Below the pieces are notes generated by a model, which was not told the DNA's origin, did not search any database, and saw nothing but the letters and a program-made list of their open reading frames with translations. From NCBI RefSeq assembly GCF_028641065.1, contig NC_073382.1:14632001-14696000 (forward strand): 64,000 nt of DNA, in the 5' to 3' direction. Below, in pieces: positions 1 through 11,668 of the stretch (positions are counted from its first letter, which is position 1; each line of letters starts with the position of its first letter). The stretch is from Leucoraja erinacea (lineage: Eukaryota). A program made the translations under genes and the position numbers.

Positions 1-1705
1 CATATAGCGTGGAAACAGGTAACTTTGGCCCAACTGCCCACGCCAACCAACATGCCCCATCTTCCTTAGTCCCATCTATTCCTCTCATGATCTTATACAC
101 CTCCATAAGATCTCCTCTCATCCTCCTGCTCTCCAAGGAATAAAGTACTAGCCTGCTCAACCCCTCCCAATAGTTTAGGCACTGAAACCCAGGCAAGATC
201 CTCGTAAATCTTCTCTGCATCCCCTTTCCATCTTAACAGCAGGATTCCTATAACAGGGTGAACAAAACTGAACACAATACTCTAAATGAGTAATGTGGCC
301 TCTAAATGAAGAGCAATGTGCCGAAAGCCCCCAGACCACCCTATCTACATATGATGCCACTTTCAATGAACTGTGTAGGTCCTGTCCTGGTTAGACCTCC
401 TAAAATGCACCATTTTCTGTGTTAAACTCCATCAAGCATTCCTCAGACCACCTGCCCAATCAAGATCCTGCTGCAATTTTTAACAACTATCTTAGGTATC
501 TACAATACCACCTATTTAGTGTCATCTGCAAACTTACTAATCATGCCTTGTTCGTTCTCTTCCAATAATTTCTATAGATGACAAACAGCAATGTGCCCAG
601 CACTGAACCCCGAGAAACAGCCGGTGACCCTAGTCACAGCCCTTTAGTCCGATAAACAACCTTCCACCATCACCTTCTGTTTCCAAGCCAATTTTCTATC
701 CAGTCATCTCTCTTATATTAATCAAAATTCTAATGCTAGTTGACTCATCTACATACTTTATTGCAGTTTAGAAACTATAGTTTAAATCCAATATTAATTA
801 TAAAATCTAAAAAGAATATTCACAAAAAGTGCATATGCAGTATTTCAGTAATGTTAGCAGCTATTTCCAAACAAGGAAATCTTTCCATGTCACTCCCTCT
901 GTGCTGGTCATCCACTCTCTTACGGAATACCTCACTATCCAGACATGCAAGTGTGATTGCAAAAATACTGGGAGATATGAAATGCAGGAGTAAAGTTGGG
1001 GCCAAGCCCAAGACACACTCATCCTAGGCTGAACTGCAGTTCCCTGTGAAATAAGGGTCTCGTGCTGGTGTGATGTCTGTCAATCAATCACTGATCCTGG
1101 AGCTGGTGGACATCACAGCCCAAGACATTAAGAGGATGTGCAATACACCCAGAAACAAAAAGGGCATCAATTTTCTAGAAAAGGTTACTGCCACCCTGAG
1201 CTGGTGTTAATATTGAAAAAAAATACTAGCATAAAGACTAGGTAAAGCAGACAAAATAGAATCAGAGAAATAAAAGGTAGCATAGACAAAACATTGCTCT
1301 CAAGTCATTAGAGAAAAACAATGCCTGTGACAATGAACAGAATAATACTGATCAGAAAAAAATTGAAGGATATGGGGAAGTTTTGAGAAAAATTAGTACA
1401 TTTTGGTCTCCACGAAGAATTGAATTTTTTTGTAGCTTGCCAAAATTCAAACGCAAATATATTTTTGGAGATAATAATGGAAGGATGCAACCTATCTCCT
1501 TTCAGGTAAACAGTTGCATACAGTGATTTTAAAGGCAGCTAATGGGACGCATTAGTGAGCATTACAGAACAACTACTGATCAAAATGTAACCATCCCCAA
1601 GAACAAAATGGAACAGGGATCGTGCCAGTTTTAAGTAGCATCTTCAAGGAGATAGGATAGGAGAGGTACAGTGTTTTTGAAGGCAGATTCCCTGCTCAAG
1701 ATTTG

Positions 1706-1893
1706 TGGCACTGCTATTAGAGCCATTGCCGCAAGCCAGAGTCTTGGACCCTATCCTGAACTTGGGTGCTGTCTATGTGAAAGTGCATATTCTCTCTTTG
1801 ACTGAATAGGTTTCCTCAGGGTGTTCTGGTTTCCTCCTCATCCCAAAGGCATGCAGGTAGGTAAATTAATTAGCTACTGTAAATTGCGCAAGT
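1706..1893 (+). mobile_element. V-SINE (HE1-like, tRNA-derived), 5' part; interrupted by a CR1 insertion, 3' remainder at about 3120-3277
   Basis: Degenerate V-domain 'ggtttcctcagggtgttctggtttcctcctcatcccaaaggcatgcagg...aattaattagctactgtaaattg'. The typical tail 'ggactcag...gaagagcctgattccatgctgtatc' resumes after the CR1. Confidence 0.65.
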
Positions 1894-3119
1894 GTTATTA
1901 ATGATTTGGATGAGGAAATTGAATGCAACATCTCCAAGTTTGTGGATGACACAAAGCTGGGGGGCAGTGTTAGCTGTGAGGAGGATGCTAGGAGGCTGCA
2001 AGATGACTTGGATAGGCTGGGTGAGTGGGCAAATGCATGGCAGATCGAAACATAGAAACATAGAAATTAGGGTGCAGGAGTAGGCCATTCGGCCCTTCGA
2101 GCCTGCACCGCCATTCAATATGATCATGGCTGATCATCCAACTCAGTATCCCGTACCTGCCTTCTCTCCATACCCCCTGATCCCCTTAGCCACAAGGGCC
2201 ACATCTAACTCCCTCTTAAATATAGCCAATGAACTGGCCTCAACTACCCTCTGTGGCAGAGAGTTCCAGAGACCACTCTCTGTGCAGATGCAGTATAATG
2301 TGGATAAATGTGGGGTTATCCACTTTCGTGGCAAAAACAGGAAAGTAGACTATTATCTGAATGGTGGCCGATTAGGAAAAGGGGAGATGCAACGAGACCT
2401 GGGTTTCATGGTACACCAGTCATTGAAAGTAGGCATGCAGGTGCAGCAGGCAGTGAAGAAAGCGAATGGTATGTTAGCATTCATAGCAAAAGGACGAGTA
2501 TAGGAGCAGGGAGGTTCTACTGCAGTTGTACAGGGCCTTGGTGAGACCACACCTGGAGTATTGCATACAGTTTTGTTCTCCTAATCTGAGGAAATACATT
2601 CTTGCCATAGAGGGAGTACAGAGAAGGTTCATCAGACTGATTCCTGGGATGTCAGGATTTTCATATGAAGAAAGACTAGATAGACTCGGCTTGTACTCGC
2701 TAGAATTTAGAAGATTGAGGGGTGATATTATAGAATCTTACAAAATTCTTAAGGAGTTGGACAGGCTAGATGCAGGAAGATTGTTCCTGATGTTGGGGAA
2801 GTCCAGAACAAGGGGTCACAGTTTAAGGATAAAGGGGGAAATCTTTTAGGACTGAGATGAGAAAAACATTTTTTACACAGAGAGTGGTGAATCTCTGGAA
2901 TTCTCTGCCACAGAATGCAGTTGAGGCCAGTTAATTGGCTATATTTAAGAGGGAGTTAGATGTGGCCCTTGTGGCTAAAGGGATCAGGGGGTATGGAGAG
3001 AAAGCAGGTACAGGATACCGAGTTGGATGATCAGCCATGATCATATTGAATGGTGGTGCAGGCTCGAAGGGCCGAATGGCCTACTCCTGCACCTATTTTC
3101 TATGTTTTTATGTTTCTAT
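1894..3119 (+). mobile_element. 5'-truncated CR1-clade LINE (RT C-terminus + 3' UTR) containing an inverted CR1 3'-end insertion at about 2046-2283
   Basis: ORF pieces 'ISKFVDDTKL' and 'LYRALVRPHLEYCIQF'; (tttctatg)n tail at about 3097-3120. The nested antisense copy is flanked by 'gcagat' on both sides. Confidence 0.9.
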
Positions 3120-3991
3120 GTGTAGCTGGGTGGTAGAATCTGGAGGTAGTTGAAGAAAATAGAGATCATTTTTAAATATGATTAATATAGGATTACTGTA
3201 AATGTGGTTGATGGTCGGTGGGGACTCAGTATGTTGAAGAGCCTGATTCCATGCTGTATCCCTCTACAATACTATGTCTTAACCAGCTAAAAGTCCTGCC
3301 ACAGTTGGTAATGTGCCTAAATCAGGAATCTACACAAAAGTAAATGATATCAGAAGGTTTAAGAATCCATAAAGGTTACAAATTGGTGATAGCTGCGAAA
3401 CACAAAGATTTTTCTTTTAAATGAGGCACTGTTGGACAGAGCCAATGCAGATCTCCTAGCACAGAGCTGGCAAGTTAAAAAAAACATGCCAATACACTGC
3501 AGGCTTGTAAAGATATACTTCTACAATTAGCTAACAAGCAAACTGATACTCAAGTGCATAAAGTGTTAACATTAGCCAAAAGTCAACAAATATCCTATCT
3601 TGTTTTACGTTGTGGCTTCTGATTCAATGTTATCACAATTAATCTTTGATATTTTCATTTTATCTATCCAGGTTAAGACGTCATCCAGTTCAGTTCAGCT
3701 CGGTATATAAACTGGACAATAAAATAGAAGAACATTTCGAACTTTGAACATTTTAAAGGGTTTTTAATTTAACCTTTGGCCTGTCAAGAGTTTAAAAAAA
3801 CCAACTAAATATGTAGTAGACATTTACAAATGCCTATGAAATTAAAATAATTCTGATGTTTAGTAGCTCTTTCACTTTTTTTCCCCCCAAAGGGCAGGTA
3901 ATAGCTTGTTAAACTTAGTTGCATCCATCAACAAAAATTGAAATTATCAAAAGATATCAATTTGGGATTTATTTTTACATTTTATTGCCTT

Positions 3992-4557
3992 ATCGAGAGC
4001 CCATCGAGAGCCTGCTGACATACTGCATTACAGCATGGTATGGCAGCTGCACCATGGCAGACAGGGAGAGGCTTCAGAGGGTAACCAGGACAGCGCAGAG
4101 GATCATTGGCTGCCCTCTCCCCTCCCTGATGGACATCTACACCTCCCGCTGCCTTAGCAGGGCAAAGAAGATCATCAAAGATAGCTTCCATCCTGCGTTT
4201 GGACTGTTCGACCTGCTGCCCTCTGGAAGGCGCTATAGGTGCATCAAATCCAGGACAAACAGACTCAGGAATAGTTGCTTTCCGAGAATTATAACTACTA
4301 TAAATTCAAATTCACACATGCACTGACTACACCGCCCAACACGGACTTCCATCTGTATATATGTATATATGTATGTAGCGCCGCAGAATTTGTGCACCTA
4401 TACCCCCCCCCCCCCCCCCCCCCATCTCCCTTCTGTTTTTTTTTTTTTCTGTTTCTTGTTTTTTGTGCTAAATTGTATGTATGCACTGAGTACGAGCAGC
4501 TTTCAGTTTCACTGTACATGTATAGTGACAATAAATGGCATATCTATATATCTTATC
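3992..4557 (+). mobile_element. Rex1/Babar-like LINE 3' fragment
   Basis: ORF 3919-4326 encodes 'ESLLTYCITAWYG...LQRV...AQRIIG..LPSL..IY..RC...HP...LF.LLPSGRRYR', the C-terminus typical of this clade. A 3' UTR with AATAAA and a short microsatellite tail follows. Confidence 0.8.
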
Positions 4558-4956
4558 CTTCCCTAATTCCTCTTGAGAGGGGCCTTTTTAAACTGCAGTA
4601 ATTTGTGTAAAGATCCAGTTATGGAGTTGATCAATTGAAAGTTCTGGGGTTTAAAATTTAGGAATGTTGAATGTTAACTGACAAATTTCCAAGTCACGAT
4701 GAGAGTTTGGATGGGCTGGTCTTCCCATAGATGAAGATCCTCATTCTTCTAAGTGGTGGGAAGTGTAGGTTCCAAAAGGCATGCTCACCTATATGATCAA
4801 TGGACAGAATTCCACCAGATTTTCTTGTATATGATGAAATCACTCCAAGGAGTCAGAATATTAATCACTCTTAGTGGGTTGGTAGCAAAGATCCTGTAGG
4901 ATCTTTGGCAGTAAATGCAGCTCGCGCTTCGGTGGAGGCTTTCCAGGCGAGTACCC

Positions 4957-5046
4957 AAAACCTCTGGCGACTCATGGAAACCTTGGGTATGGCGCAAGGT
5001 CGCCAGAGGTTTCCAATCAGGTTTCCTAAGTGGGACAGGGGCATTA
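4957..5046. mobile_element. Probable MITE terminal fragment
   Basis: Internal 14-bp inverted repeat (4958-4971 / 4999-5012) and a TIR-like end 'taagtgggacaggggcatta'. No partner TIR was found. Confidence 0.4.
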
Positions 5047-5158
5047 GTGTCCTTCGCACATCTGTTATTGATAATTATTTGCCATTTGTATGCTTGAGTG
5101 CAGAACTTCAGACTTTGTGCAGTAACCATCTTAACAGAGTGCTGCTAGACATCTTTAA

Positions 5159-6890
5159 AACATAGAAAATAGGTGCCCCAGTAGGCCATTCGGCCCTTCG
5201 GTCTGCATTCCCCTTTTCAATATGATCATGGCTTGATCATCCAACAGTGGGGTGTACATTGCTACCCTCCATACCCCTGATACTTTACCCAAGGGCCACA
5301 TCTAACTCCCTCTTAAATATATCAAATAATGGCCTCAACTACCTTCTGTGGCGAATTCCTTAAGTCACCACTCTCCGTCTGAAAAATGTTTTTGTCATCT
5401 CGGTCCTAAAAGATTTCCCTCTTATCCTTAAACTGTGACCCCTTGTTCTGGACTTCCCCAACATCGGGAACAATCTTCCTGCATCTAGCCTGTCCAACTC
5501 CTTAAGAATTTTGTAGGTTTCTACAAGATCCCCTCTCAATCTTCTAAATTCTAGCGAGTACAAACCGAGTCTATCCAGTCTTTCTTCATATGAAAGTCCT
5601 GACATCCCAGGAATCGGTCTGGTGAACCTTCTCTGTACTCCCTCTATGGCAAGAATGTCTTTCCTCTGATTAGGAGAACAAAACTGTATGGAATACTCCA
5701 GGTGTGGTTTCACCAAGACCCTGTACAACTGCAGTAGAACCTCCTGCTCCTATACTCTAATCCTTTTGCTATGAATGCTAACATACCATTCGCTTTCTTC
5801 ACTGCCTGCTGCAACTGCATGCCTACTTTCAATGACTGGTGTACCATGACACCCAGGTCTCGTTGCATCTCCCCTTTTCCTAATCGGCCACCATTCAGAT
5901 AATAGTCTACTTTCCTGTTTTTGCCACCAAAATGGATAACCTCACATTTAGCCACATTACACTGCATCTGCCATGCATTTGCCCACTCACCCAGCCCATC
6001 CGTCACCTTGCAGCCTCCTAGCATTCTCCGCACAGCTAACACTGACCCCCAGCTTCGTGTCATCCGCAAACTTAGAGATGTTGCATTCAATTTCCTGGTC
6101 CAAATCATTAATATATATTGTAAATAGGTGGGGTCCCAGCACTGAGCCTTGCGGTACCCCACTAGTCACTGCCTGACACTCTGAAAAGGACCCTTTGGAT
6201 AATGAAGTAGATTTTCAAAGTCTTACAGAGAGTTTCTATCCACATCAAGAGTGGGCTGAAAGACCGTGTGCTTTAAGTTTTGTATACTAATCACTTAGGT
6301 GGGACCTTGTCGAAAGCCTTCTGAAAGTCCAGATATAGCACATCCACTGGTTCTCCCTTATCCACTCTACTAGTTACATCCTTGAAAAATTCTATAAGAT
6401 TCGTCAGACATGATTTACCTTTCATAAATCCATGCTGACTTTGTCCAATGATTTCACCACTTTCGCAATGTGCTGCTATCCCATCATTAATAACTGACCA
6501 CAGCAGTTTCTCCACTACCGATGTTAGACTAAGGCTGGTCTGTAATTCTGGAGTATGGTGTACACATTTTGGTCGCCTAATTATAGGAAGGATGTCAACA
6601 AAATAGAGAGAGTCCTAATTATACTAGAATGTTGCCTCCTCCCTTTTTACAAAGTGGGGTTACATTAGCTACCCTCCAATCCTCAGGAACTACCCCAGAA
6701 TCTAAAGAATTTTGAAAAATTATCACTAATGCATCCACTATTTCTGGGGCGACTTCCTTAAGTACTCTGGGATGCAGCCTATCTGGCCCTGGGGATTTAT
6801 CGGCCTTTAATCCATTCAATTTACCTAACACCACTTACCGCCTAACCCGGATTTCACTCATTTCCTCCATCTCATTTGACCCCCTGACAC
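5159..6890 (-). mobile_element. CR1-clade LINE, RT region to 3' end (degenerate, mosaic)
   Basis: Minus-strand ORFs 'DKSPGPDRLHPRVLKE', 'YLDFQKAFDKVP', 'SGVPQGSVLGP...FADDTKL' and 'LVKPHLEY'. Confidence 0.9.
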
Positions 6891-8145
6891 TTTTGAGAAA
6901 TATAAAAGTAAAGCAGTGGATGTTGTATTATGGCTTCACAAAGGCCTTTGACTAGGTTCCCACTTAAATATGGTTAATGAAGGTTCAATTGTACCCTATT
7001 AATGGCAGAGAGTTCCAGAGATTCAACAGTCTCTGAATGGGAGATGCCAAAAGTTCTTGGTGGATGGTTGTTTTGTCAGGTTGGAGGCCCTTGACCTTAA
7101 GGGTGCCCCAGGGATCTGACTTTGGGTCCATCTAGCCTGTCCACTGTTGTTTGTCATGTACATCAATGATCCGGATGATGGTGTGGTAAATTGGATTAGT
7201 AAGTATGCAGATGACACTAAGATAGGTGGCGTTGTGGATAAATGAAGTAGATTTTCAAAGTCTACAGAGAGATTTATGCTAGTTGGAAGAGTGGGCTGAA
7301 AGATGGCAGATGGACTTTAATGCGGATAAGTGTGAGGTGCTACATCTTGGCAGGACAAATCAAAATAGGACGTACATGGTAAATGGTACGGAATTGACGA
7401 ATGCAGGTGAACAGAGGGATCTGGGAATAACTGTGCACAGTTACCTGAAAGTGGAATCGCATGTAGATAAGGTGGTAAAGAAAGCTTATGGTGTAGTACC
7501 TTTATAAATGGTGAGCATTGAGTATAGAAGTTGGGATGTAATGTTAAAATTGTACAAGGCATTGGTGAGCCATAGTCTGGAGTATGGTGTGCCATTTTGG
7601 ATAACCTCAATTTATAGGACAGGATGCATCTGCCAAAATAGAGTACAGAGTCTCCTAGCATCCTCATCCGATCCTTTACTACAATGCCCCCTGGCTTTTC
7701 AGCAACTAACTTGGAGATATTGGTTGAACAAGTTAGGGCTTTATTCTTTGGAGGGAATTAAGGGGGGACTTGATAGAGGTCTTTAAAATGATGAGAGGGA
7801 TAGACAGAGTTGACGTGGATAAGCTTTTCCCACTGAGAGTGGGGAAGATTCAAAGAAGGGGACATGACTTGAGAATTAAGGGACAGAAGTTTAGGGGTAA
7901 CATGAGGGGGAACTTCTTTACTCAGAGAGTGATGGCTGTGTGGAATGAGCTTCCAGTGAAGGTGGTGGAGGCAGGTTCGTTTTTAACATTTAAAAATAAA
8001 TTGGATAGTTATATGGACGGGAAAGGAATGGAGGGTTATGGTCTGAGCGCAGGTATATGGGACTAGGGGAGAATACGTGTTCGGCACGGACTAGAAGGGT
8101 CGAGGTGGCCTGTTTCCGTGCTGTAATTGTTATATGGTTATATGG
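6890..8145 (+). mobile_element. CR1-clade LINE, second subfamily, RT to 3' end
   Basis: 'SKYADDTK', 'WQMDFNADKCEVLHLG' and 'GNFFTQRVMAVWNELP'; tail (tatatggt)n at about 8131-8146. Confidence 0.85.
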
Positions 8146-8605
8146 TCCCCTGCTATTACCGGCAGATTATTTATGTCTTCCTTAGTGAAGACAGAACCAA
8201 AGTAGTTATTCAATTGGTCTGCCATTTCCTTGTTCCCCATGATCAATTTACCTGTTTCTGACTGCAAGGGACCTACATTTGTTTTAACTAATCTTTTTCT
8301 CTTCACATATCTATAAAAACATTTGCAGTCTGTTTTTATGTTCCCTGCCAGTTTTCTTTCATAATCTATTTTCCCTTTCCTAATTAAGCCCTTTGTCCTC
8401 CTCTGCTGGACTCTGAATTTCTCCCAGTCCTCTGGTAGGCTGCTTTTTCTGGCTAATTTGTATTCTTCATCTTTTGTTTTGATACTATCCCCGATTTCCC
8501 TTGTTATCCACGAATGCACTACCTTCCCTGATTTATTATTTTGCCAAACTGGGATGAACAATTGTTGTAGTTCATCCATGCAGTCTTTAAATGCCTTCCA
8601 TTGCA
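8146..8605 (-). mobile_element. CR1 ORF2 internal fragment (upstream continuation of the minus-strand CR1)
   Basis: ORF 8130-8606 'YERKLAGNIKTDCKCFYRYVKRKR...VGPLQ...MADQLNNYFGSVFTKED'. Confidence 0.85.
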
Positions 8606-9736
8606 TATTTGCAATTATGAGATAGATAGTATAGAGAAGTCAGACCTGTTTTAAAGATAAGATGGCAAAGCTTTAAAGTAAGAAGGGCAAATTTTAAAGC
8701 AGATGTGCAGGCCTTTTTTTTTTTTTTAAACAGAGTTGTGAGTGCCTGCCATGCGTTGCCAGGGGTGGTTGCGAAGGCAGGTACAATGGTTATACTTGAG
8801 AGGTTTTTGGGTAAGCACATGGACATTCAAAGAATGGAGGGATATGGATCATGTGCAGATAGAGGAGATGAGTTTAACTTGGCATCATTGTAGGCTGAAG
8901 GGCATGTTCCTATGCTGTACTGGGTTTTTTTAGTAACCAGAAAAACATACCTTGCAAGTAGCAAAAGCTGTAACCATAAATCTGTCGGTTAACTGGCTGC
9001 CCCAGGGAAATCTTTGAAGGTTATAGAAAATATTGATACTCATATTAGTAGCATGTTCTTGCCCAACAGTCCAAAGTAGTTGCCAAACTGGTTGGATGTT
9101 AAATCTCCCACTGTTTGCATTAAGGAAATACACCGATGTTGAGAATTTAATGGGGAAAAAAAGAAGTTGCTTCCAGCTAACATCATAATGGATCTGCTTA
9201 ACTAAACATGAAAGTTAACACAAGTAGTTTCTTCTTGAGTTGAATATGATAAAGATAAAATGTTTCTGCTGGTGAGGAATTCAATAACTAAGGAAATAAT
9301 TTTTAAACTAATTACAAGAAATTAGGGAAAAAATTGATTTAAGTAGCGGTACCATGATCAGGAAATACTGCCTCAAAATTAGGAGAAGCAAATGAAGAAA
9401 AGCTTTCACAGAAGGAATAGGATAAGTTATTGAAAAAATGAATTTAGAGGGATATGGACCAAACGTGGGCATGTAGGACTGGGACAATTTGGTAGGCATG
9501 GGCAAGTTGAGCTGAAGGGCCTGTTTCCATGCGGAATTACTCTACGAGTTATGGCTCTATGAGTAGGACTGTGTGTTTTTCATTAAATAACCTACTATTG
9601 GTATGATAGGTGGAATGCTGCCTTAAATGTAATAGGAATCTATCATTATAAAAGAGAGTGGTTTGAACAAACATATTCCCAAAACTTTGCTTCTCCTATA
9701 ATTGGTAAAAAAACATTGCAATTGAAAATAACTTAC

Positions 9737-9784
9737 CCGGCAGGCAATCTCTCCTCTGTTCGCAATGAGGATTTTATCAAATGT
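9737..9784 (-). CDS. PCCA: Propionyl-CoA carboxylase alpha, coding exon 3 (48 bp, TFDKILIANRGEIACR)
   Basis: cag|ACA...CGG|gtaagt. Encodes the biotin-carboxylase N-terminal motif 'KILIANRGEIA'; phase 0/0; syntenic downstream of ZIC2. Confidence 0.95.
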
Positions 9785-10403
9785 CTGCAGTGGAAATTAA
9801 ACAAAAACAACCTTAGTGGCTGATATATTAAATGCTCGAAAATTGATATGAATATTTAACATAATATTTAATGTTCTACTAATTTCTCCCTCCCTCTTTT
9901 TACTCGATTTCTTGCAAAATCAGAGGGGCAAGAACATCCCTCTCAAAGAGGGGATTTTAGCATTATAAAGTTTTCTTTGATCAATTGATAATAATCAGGC
10001 ACATGAAGATGAACTGATTTTACTCTCAAGCTAAAGTTTCTGGAGCAAAGTGTTAGATCCTTGCCAAGTAATCAGCATAAAATGAATTTGATGCAGATCT
10101 CCTTTATACAAGTTCAACACTTCTTTGCTTTTATATTTTTACCCTGTGATAAAATTAAAATTCTCTTTGTGCTTTTTTGCCTTTTCTACTTGTATTTTTA
10201 CCTTTGTTAAAATATGTAATTACACTGAACATTCTTTAACACTCAACATTCACTCTGCTTTATGGATACTTGTCCTTTCATTGATTGCCAAAATATATTT
10301 AGTTAATATTTCATTTCCCATCAATCTGGCATTCCACTGTCAATTCTCTATACTCTTGCTCTTGTTGCAAAGGTCCTTAATTTATAACTGAGAACAAACA
10401 CCA

Positions 10404-10660
10404 GCAGCAGCTGCACCCGCTGAGTTTCTCCACTCTCCCAATTTTGCTAGCCCTTGCTGTCTCCTCCCCTTCCTTAACCCTCGAGCTGTCTCCTCCAATC
10501 CCCCCGCCCTCGGGCTCCTCCTCCTCCCTTTTTCCTTCCTTCTCCCCCCTACCCCCCATCAGTCTGAAGAAGGGTTTCGGCCCGAAACCTTGCCTATTTC
10601 CTTCGCTCCATAGATGCTTCGTCACCCGCTGAGTTCCCCAGCAATTTTGTGTACCTACCA
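10404..10660 (+). mobile_element. Penelope-like element 3' terminal repeat fragment with hammerhead-like motif
   Basis: 'ctgaagaagggtttcggcccgaaac' at 10564-10588, followed by the same terminal sequence that ends the GIY-YIG-encoding element at 16.2 kb. Confidence 0.7.
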
Positions 10661-11304
10661 TTCCTTCTTTGCCTACAAGCACATTTCCAAAGAGAAAACA
10701 AAGTTCCAGGCACAAATACATTACCATCCAAATCATAGTCATCTAAAAGGCATGCATTACTGCACTATTTCCAAAGCCCAAGTAACCTCACTATCTACCT
10801 TTCAACATATTCTAGAATGCTAAGTGTTTGTACAACATCTTTTTTTGGAATATTTTCTCAGGTTTGTTAACAAAAAAAACGTGTTAAGGTATTTCAGTTT
10901 CTGCAGTTGCACAAATATAAAACATTTAGAAACTAAAAGCCTCATCTTGACCACTTCCAGTCAGCGCTGGATATTGATTTTAGAAAATTTGCTACCATAT
11001 ATCGCTATGATTTTTGGCCATCTTACTCACAGTCCTCCTCCGCTGCGGCAGCCCTGAGGATTTTTCCGATTGATGAAAAGTAAAAAAGTTATGGACGTTT
11101 AAAAAATCCTGAGATCAGCTGATTGGTCCTCTCGCCTGTCAATCACCATGATGAAGGTAACACCCCTTCCGGGGGGGCAGGACTATAAAACCCCAGATGC
11201 CTGGGCGCGAGTCAGTCACTCTGGAAGATCACGAGGGAGGGGCAACAACAACTGTGATTCTGTTGTGAGTCTGCTGAACTGTGAGTCTACCGAACTGTGA
11301 GTCT

Positions 11305-11605
11305 ACCCTTTATGTGGTTATGTGCTTTATGTGGTTATGTGCTTTATGTGGTTAACCCTTTATGTGCTTGCAATAAATGATTTGTCAGCCAGTAATATGT
11401 TTGCAATGAATGATGATTTAACCCTTAATGTGCTTGCAATAAATGATTTGTTAGCCAGTAATGTGCTTGCAATGAATGATTATTTGTTAACCATTAATGT
11501 GCTTGCAATAAATGATTTGTTAGCCAGCAATGTGCTTGCAATGAATGATGATTTGCTAACCCTTAACGTGCTTGCAATAAATAATCTGTTAGCTCTTAAT
11601 GAAAT
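11305..11605. repeat. Minisatellite, ~33-36 bp units (aatgtgcttgcaat[a/g]aatgat...ttagcc/ttaacc)
   Basis: About eight tandem copies are visible. They explain the repetitive ORF 11322-11612. Confidence 0.9.
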
Positions 11606-11668
11606 GAAATGAGTTGTTTGGCCTGCCCTGTGCTTTTGTTTTGCTTTGCCTCACCTGAAATGAAATGG

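Noticed and set aside
1706-1790. tRNA gene
   Set aside because: Only a degenerate tRNA-derived SINE head; no cloverleaf can be formed.
4797-5165. Overlapping 86-110 aa ORFs
   Set aside because: They overlap palindromic repeat remnants and show no recognisable domain or splice structure.
1-9700. PCCA exon 4 (expected VI.TCK.MGI.TVA.HSDVD)
   Set aside because: Not found by eye on the minus strand; presumably lies left of the window.
11322-11612. Repetitive 96-aa ORF, or a CRISPR-like array
   Set aside because: It is a tandem minisatellite without unique spacers, inside a Helitron-like element in eukaryotic DNA.
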